A DNA stretch of 64,000 nt from an uncultured Verrucomicrobiota bacterium (GTDB lineage Bacteria > Verrucomicrobiota > Kiritimatiellia > RZYC01). Under the pieces are notes generated by a model. It had not been told where the DNA came from. It made no database searches and saw nothing but the letters and a program-made list of their open reading frames with translations. Positions 59,330 through 64,000 of the stretch are shown here, one piece after another (position 1 is the first letter of the stretch; every line of letters starts with the position of its first letter). A program made the position numbers and the translations under genes. Where the stretch lies: positions 5,261-69,260 of the forward strand of contig CAZBEO010000006.1 in NCBI GenBank assembly GCA_964490935.1, read 5' to 3'.

Positions 59330-61246
59330 TCATACCGCCGTAACCGGGATATACGCGGGCACTTTTTTGCGCCACGCCTCCGCGAAGTCGCGGTTGGTGA
59401 TGATTTCATACCCCGGGAGCCACTGTTCCATCAAGGCGACTGAATCTGCCGGGCGTGTCACCAAATCCAGACAAGGAAGCCCCGTGAAGGCCCAGACAAA
59501 AGGCAGTATGCCGCCATCCAGCATCACAAACCCCGCCGCCGCGTGAGCGGCCGTCCACAGCGTGCGCGCATCCAGCGGCTCGATATCCGGGAACCGCAGG
59601 GTTAACCCGCGTCTCTGCTGCAGCATCTCCAGGAGCGGCCCCGCCCCCACCCGCCCGCCTGGCGGAATAATGGCCAACCATTCTTCGGTGTGCGGCACCG
59701 CCGTCGGACGAAGCTCCAGCAGCGACGGAATCAGCGCGGCCGTGGAAGCCTGCGCCGCCAGCCAACGCTCCCGCGCATCCAGCGCACGAGCCTGCAAGTC
59801 TTTCAAGTCCGGGTCCCGCCGCCACAAATCCAGCATACAGCGCACCTCCGCAGCGAGCGCCGGGTTTTCCGCTGTGTGCAGCAGTTCGCTCACCCGACGG
59901 TGATGCGCCATCAGCGCGTTCGGATCGCACCGCTCCGGGTCCGGCGGCGGTGGATTGCGCGCCTCCCGAAGAAAGGCCGTCACGGCCTTCGTCATCTCCC
60001 GTGCGAATTCGACATAGCCGGGATGGTTGTAATTGAATGACGACGTTTGGATGGGTGGTATTTTCTGCGAGGTGGGCGGAGGACACTTTTCCACCGCCTG
60101 ATGTAATGCGGCACGCCGCGCCCCGTGAATGCGCGCCCCCCCGTTGGTCACATTCCACACCGGCGTGGTGGTGGCGGCAATCTGCTCTTCAAAATTGCGC
60201 AGATAATAATACATGGAAAGGTCCGTCTTCATCGGATTCCCGTCGTTCCCGGTAATCGTGCGCAGATTGCTTTCCTGATGCGGATGCTCGTGAAACTCTG
60301 CGCTCGATCGATCGGCGGGATGATAGCGGTCGCCCTCGAATCCAAGATTGAAGCCGGCCAGAATGATGCGCTCGGCACCCATATGGAGTGCCAGCTCGAA
60401 GGCGGCGTTGCCCACGCATTTGCCCGCATTCAATTCCGGAATGGGCGTGCCACAGACTTGCTCGATCAGTCGGTCCAGCGGCCAGTCCTGACGGAAAAAA
60501 CAGATTGGCCCCGGATAATGCCGCACCACCGACCAACTGCCGCACACCGGCATGACCAGCAGTACGCCCGGCTGCTCGCGGCTGCCGCGTTCGATGTGCT
60601 GCCACGTACAGTCGCGTGTGTCCGTACACATCACCACATCCGGGCGCACACCATGACGAATCAGCGTGTTCCAGGCCGCATCGCAGGCAATCACGATGCC
60701 TCGACGGCGTTCCGCCGCCAGCAGTGGCGCATCGGTATCCAGCGCCGGACCTGCGCCCACCACCACCACCGGTAAATCGTGAGCGCATCCAAGCAGCGGT
60801 TCGATGGTGGGCGACTCCACCACGCGCGGCAGATTCAGCAGCGAGCCATAGAGCATGTGCCAGCCCTTGGTGGCGCGAAACGCTGCCTGCGTCACCGCCA
60901 AGCGCACCGCCTCAAGCAGACTTTCCATCAGGATGCCCGCCTGCTCCGGGAAGCGGTGCTGGATGCCTTCCTCAATATGGCAACCCACACGGCCTTCATA
61001 CTGCAGCATGCGGTGTTGTGCGAAAAGGGAAGCCAGAAACGCGAGTGTCACCTGATCCGGATGAATCGTGATACAGGGAATCCCCGCGGCGGAGAGTTCC
61101 TCCCCGGCGTCCGACACCACAAAAAACGTATGCAGATCAGGACAAAGCCGGGCGATGCCCGGCAGGCAGGCCTTCGCATCCTCCGCCCAAACCACCGCCA
61201 TACGCGCATGGGATGGGATCATCGGCGCATTCATTTGATCGGTCAT
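59330..61246 (-). CDS. DUF115 / Maf-family (motility-accessory-factor-like, MptE-like fold) putative glycosyltransferase
   Basis: 638 aa. Central VVVVGAGPALD...GIVIACDAAWNTLIRHGVRPDVVMCTD matches the DUF115 core pattern (GxGPSL...DxA...L...GIxPD...DxR). Confidence 0.5.
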   Translation of the reverse strand: MTDQMNAPMIPSHARMAVVWAEDAKACLPGIARLCPDLHTFFVVSDAGEELSAAGIPCITIHPDQVTLAFLASLFAQHRMLQYEGRVGCHIEEGIQHRFPEQAGILMESLLEAVRLAVTQAAFRATKGWHMLYGSLLNLPRVVESPTIEPLLGCAHDLPVVVVGAGPALDTDAPLLAAERRRGIVIACDAAWNTLIRHGVRPDVVMCTDTRDCTWQHIERGSREQPGVLLVMPVCGSWSVVRHYPGPICFFRQDWPLDRLIEQVCGTPIPELNAGKCVGNAAFELALHMGAERIILAGFNLGFEGDRYHPADRSSAEFHEHPHQESNLRTITGNDGNPMKTDLSMYYYLRNFEEQIAATTTPVWNVTNGGARIHGARRAALHQAVEKCPPPTSQKIPPIQTSSFNYNHPGYVEFAREMTKAVTAFLREARNPPPPDPERCDPNALMAHHRRVSELLHTAENPALAAEVRCMLDLWRRDPDLKDLQARALDARERWLAAQASTAALIPSLLELRPTAVPHTEEWLAIIPPGGRVGAGPLLEMLQQRRGLTLRFPDIEPLDARTLWTAAHAAAGFVMLDGGILPFVWAFTGLPCLDLVTRPADSVALMEQWLPGYEIITNRDFAEAWRKKVPAYIPVTAV

Positions 61247-61297
61247 GGCAAACCCCTTCCGGCAAAGCCTACCTGCGGCGCGCCGGAACGTCTTGAC

Positions 61298-61999
61298 TTA
61301 ATAGGGGCTCTCCCCCGTCCAAATTGGTTTATTCGTGCTGTAGTTCGAATATTCCAGAAACTCGGAATGTCCATCCAGATAGACGAAATTTGCGCCTTCC
61401 TCATGGACGAACGTCTTGCGGCCTGCCACCGGCTCATCCGGAAAGTCGTCGGGATATTCGCTGCGACTGAACGTCATCCCGGCCCACCAGTTGTTATCCT
61501 CAGGCCCCCAGTGTCCATCGCTCATCATGATGGTGGCGGAGGTCCGGTTGAAACTGCTGATGCGCTTGGGAGGCCCGGCAGGGTCCTCGTCTACCATGAG
61601 ATCGGAATTCATTCCGTAGGAGCCGTGCGCATCCTCATCCACTCCCGGATGATGTTTCATGGCGTTTGGACAGAAGAAAACCGGACGGTCCTTGGGCGGG
61701 GAGTCCGGCGTCCAGTCTTCGAATTTCTTTCCCAGATAAGGAACAACGAGCGTAGCCCATTGGGTGTCTGCTCCTCCTCCAGCGCCGAATCTAAACTGTA
61801 TCGGAAACTGCCCCTTGTTGTCTTTGCAGTAGAGGAGCACGGCCATAGAAAGTTGCTTGAGATTGCTGGCGCACTGGAGTCGTTTGGCGCGGTTGAGCGC
61901 CTTGTTGGTGGCGGGGAGAGTGATGGCAATCAGGATGCCGATGATGGCAACCACCACCATGAGTTCTACCAACGTGAAGGCGCGACGTGTCTTATCCAT
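61298..61999 (-). CDS. Prepilin-type N-terminal cleavage/methylation domain protein with C-terminal H-X9-DG motif (PVC-type pseudopilin-like)
   Basis: [29 protein letters not shown] (class III signal + N-methylation site) and C-terminal [11 protein letters not shown] (H-X9-DG family). Confidence 0.8.
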   Translation of the reverse strand: MDKTRRAFTLVELMVVVAIIGILIAITLPATNKALNRAKRLQCASNLKQLSMAVLLYCKDNKGQFPIQFRFGAGGGADTQWATLVVPYLGKKFEDWTPDSPPKDRPVFFCPNAMKHHPGVDEDAHGSYGMNSDLMVDEDPAGPPKRISSFNRTSATIMMSDGHWGPEDNNWWAGMTFSRSEYPDDFPDEPVAGRKTFVHEEGANFVYLDGHSEFLEYSNYSTNKPIWTGESPY

Positions 62000-62014
62000 G
62001 ACGGCGATTCTCCT

Positions 62015-63448
62015 TTATTCATTCTGCGTGTAGGCTTCCCACGCTCGGATGCGGCTTTCCTTCACCTTATCCCACCGCTTGTTCACTCTGTCAAACTTCG
62101 ATTGAGAGCGCCGCTGCACCACGTCCAGCGCCTCGGCGGGGGTTGCGCCCATCGTTTCCACGCGGTTGGCCGCCACCGTCAGTTCATCACGGTATTCCAG
62201 CCAGATGCTCAGGCGCGGGCAGTAGCGCGCATTCGAGCTTCGGGCCAACTCGATAAAGGTCGCGATGTACGGGTTTGGATGCCGTGCGATGTACTCATCG
62301 CTAAGCGTGGCCAACGGGCTGAATTTTTTCTGTCCGAGGGTAAGTTTTTCCATCGGCCCCGGCGAGTTGACATAGCGGATGAATTCAAAGGCCTCGGATG
62401 GATGCCGCGCGCCCTTGGGAATCACCAGCGTATCGCATTCCACAATCGTCACATCCGGGAGCTGCTCCGGATCGAACGAGGGGAACGGCGCGGCGGCCCA
62501 TTCCAATCCAGGCGCATATTTGTTGATAAAATTCTGCATCCAGACGCCCTGCAGGCACATCGCCACCTGGCCGGACAGAAACGGATTCTGCGGCGAGGCC
62601 ACATTGCCAAAGGACGCCCCGAAGGACATGATATTGTCCACGCCGAATCGCTCGGGATAGCTCTGCACCCATTCGTAGGCCGCGATATTTTCAGGACAGT
62701 CCGCCGTGATGGTTTGTTCTCCGTCCCAGAGACGCCCCCCGAACCAGAACCCCCACATTTGACTGTACCAACCCGGCACGCTGGGCAAATGCCCGGCCTG
62801 AATCAGGTCGAAGTCCTTCGCTTCCTTTTCCTCCGGCGTCAAATCGCGGTAACGCACCTTTTCGCGTTGCCCGTTGCGCTCGATGCTCACCACCGTGAGC
62901 ATTTCGTTCATCTCTTCCATTTCCGCAATCGAACGCGGCGGCTTGTTCGGGTTGAGACCAGCCTCGCGGAACATTTTTTTATTCCAATGCAGCGCCAAGG
63001 TGGCTGGCGTGGAGGGAAGCCCCCACAGAAAACCGCGATAGGAACACAGGTCCCAGAAGGCGGGAATATAGTCCTCCCGGGTGATGCCCGCCTCGCGCGC
63101 AAATCCATTCAGCGGAAGCAGCGCGTTCTTATCCGAAAAACCCACCAGCGAGTGCGACCACAGGCCCGCCACATCCGGCGGGTTGCCCCCGGCCGTAGAA
63201 AGCATCAGTTTGTTCTCGATGCCGCTCACCGCCAGCATGCGCACCACCATATTCGTCTGCGAGGCATTGAAATCATCCACCACCGCCTGCATGGCATCCT
63301 GCTCGAACCCCGTCCATTTCTCCCAGTAATCCACGATGATGCGCCCGTCCGGCGTGTGGTCGTTCGGCTTGCGCACGCAACCGGAAAGCAGGGGCAGAAA
63401 TAAAGCGGCAAGGAGCAGCAACGGGATGGTAGCGTTTTTCATTTTCAT
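62015..63448 (-). CDS. ABC transporter extracellular solute-binding lipoprotein (family 1, carbohydrate-type)
   Basis: Lipobox LLSGC after MKMKNATIPLLLLAALFLP. About 470 aa SBP with sugar-SBP-like composition. An internal ATG at 63448/63442 avoids overlap with the secA 3' end, unlike the ORF-track start 63517. Confidence 0.75.
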   Translation of the reverse strand: MKMKNATIPLLLLAALFLPLLSGCVRKPNDHTPDGRIIVDYWEKWTGFEQDAMQAVVDDFNASQTNMVVRMLAVSGIENKLMLSTAGGNPPDVAGLWSHSLVGFSDKNALLPLNGFAREAGITREDYIPAFWDLCSYRGFLWGLPSTPATLALHWNKKMFREAGLNPNKPPRSIAEMEEMNEMLTVVSIERNGQREKVRYRDLTPEEKEAKDFDLIQAGHLPSVPGWYSQMWGFWFGGRLWDGEQTITADCPENIAAYEWVQSYPERFGVDNIMSFGASFGNVASPQNPFLSGQVAMCLQGVWMQNFINKYAPGLEWAAAPFPSFDPEQLPDVTIVECDTLVIPKGARHPSEAFEFIRYVNSPGPMEKLTLGQKKFSPLATLSDEYIARHPNPYIATFIELARSSNARYCPRLSIWLEYRDELTVAANRVETMGATPAEALDVVQRRSQSKFDRVNKRWDKVKESRIRAWEAYTQNE

Positions 63449-63495
63449 GCCCGCAATATACCGTGCAGGCAAAAATCCCGCAATGAATAATGTGT

Positions 63496-64000
63496 TTACA
63501 GAATCGCGCCGCAACACTTCTTATATTTTTTCCCGCTGCCGCAGGGACAGGGGTCGTTGCGTCCGACCTTGGGTTCATCGCGCTGGACGGGGGCAGTGGG
63601 TTGATTCAGCGCGGCCTTCATGGCGGCTTCGGCACCCGGAGGCGCGGCACGTCCTCCAGGCCGTGCGGCCCCGGCCTGACTCATGGCTCCCGCGTTTTGC
63701 GCGTTCTGATGAATGTACATGGCGGGCAGCGATCGAATGAACGATTCCATGGCGGCGGACGAGGTCGAGGCTCGGAACATCTTGTGCACCACATCGCCCT
63801 TGATCTTGTCGATCAGGTCCGAAAACATTTCGTAGGCTTCTTTTTTGTATTCCACGAGCGGATCACGCTGGCCGTAGGCTCGCAGGCCGACGCCCTGGCG
63901 CAGGGCATCCATCCCCCGCAGATATTCCTGCCAATGCGTGTCGCAGGCTTGCAGCACAATGAAGCGCTCAATGGATTCGAGCGCGCGCGGCTCCTCGTGT
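63496..64000 (-). CDS. secA: Preprotein translocase SecA, C-terminal portion (gene continues beyond the window end)
   Basis: Terminal zinc-binding tail ...[22 protein letters not shown] plus upstream helical-scaffold region. Reading frame is open to nt 64000. Confidence 0.9.
   Translation of the reverse strand, partial: HEEPRALESIERFIVLQACDTHWQEYLRGMDALRQGVGLRAYGQRDPLVEYKKEAYEMFSDLIDKIKGDVVHKMFRASTSSAAMESFIRSLPAMYIHQNAQNAGAMSQAGAARPGGRAAPPGAEAAMKAALNQPTAPVQRDEPKVGRNDPCPCGSGKKYKKCCGAIL

Overview
GC-rich (roughly 60% by eye) chromosomal segment. The gene content points to a PVC-superphylum bacterium (Kiritimatiellota / Lentisphaerota / Verrucomicrobiota-like): a prepilin-type protein with an H-X9-DG motif, a Maf/DUF115 protein without flagellar context, and giant secreted glycoside-hydrolase proteins. 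Most of the window is densely packed core metabolism and envelope genes: eno, rlmM, cdsA-uppS, purA, purB-proA-proB (encoded in the order proB-proA-purB on the minus strand), a Mla/MCE lipid-transport operon, lon, cstA, lipB, gcvH and a secA 3' end. These are interspersed with accessory features: two PIN-toxin modules, a DcrH-like MCP with a C-terminal hemerythrin, a 2842-aa secreted multi-domain alpha-glucan enzyme (GH13 + TSP3 calcium repeats + GH57/GH38-superfamily-like barrel), an AasS-like AMP-ligase/ACP/PlsC fusion, and a eukaryote-like Ser/Thr kinase. The strongest candidate for an undescribed system is a 13-kb co-directional locus (about 7.0-20.0 kb). It has Rnk translationally coupled to a PqqD/RRE-like peptide-binding protein, two paralogous 660-704-aa polytopic membrane proteins (possibly distant OPT oligopeptide-transporter superfamily), two paralogous MacB/LolD-type ABC ATPases, a MacB/FtsX-type permease, and a 1619-aa permease fusion carrying an M28-peptidase-like domain whose metal ligands appear substituted (pseudo-peptidase). 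A small family of intergenic palindromic repeats, including one 34-nt exact duplicate, marks several intergenic regions. No rRNA, tRNA, CRISPR, IS or prophage genes were recognised. Many long antisense ORFs in the six-frame track are GC-driven artefacts.
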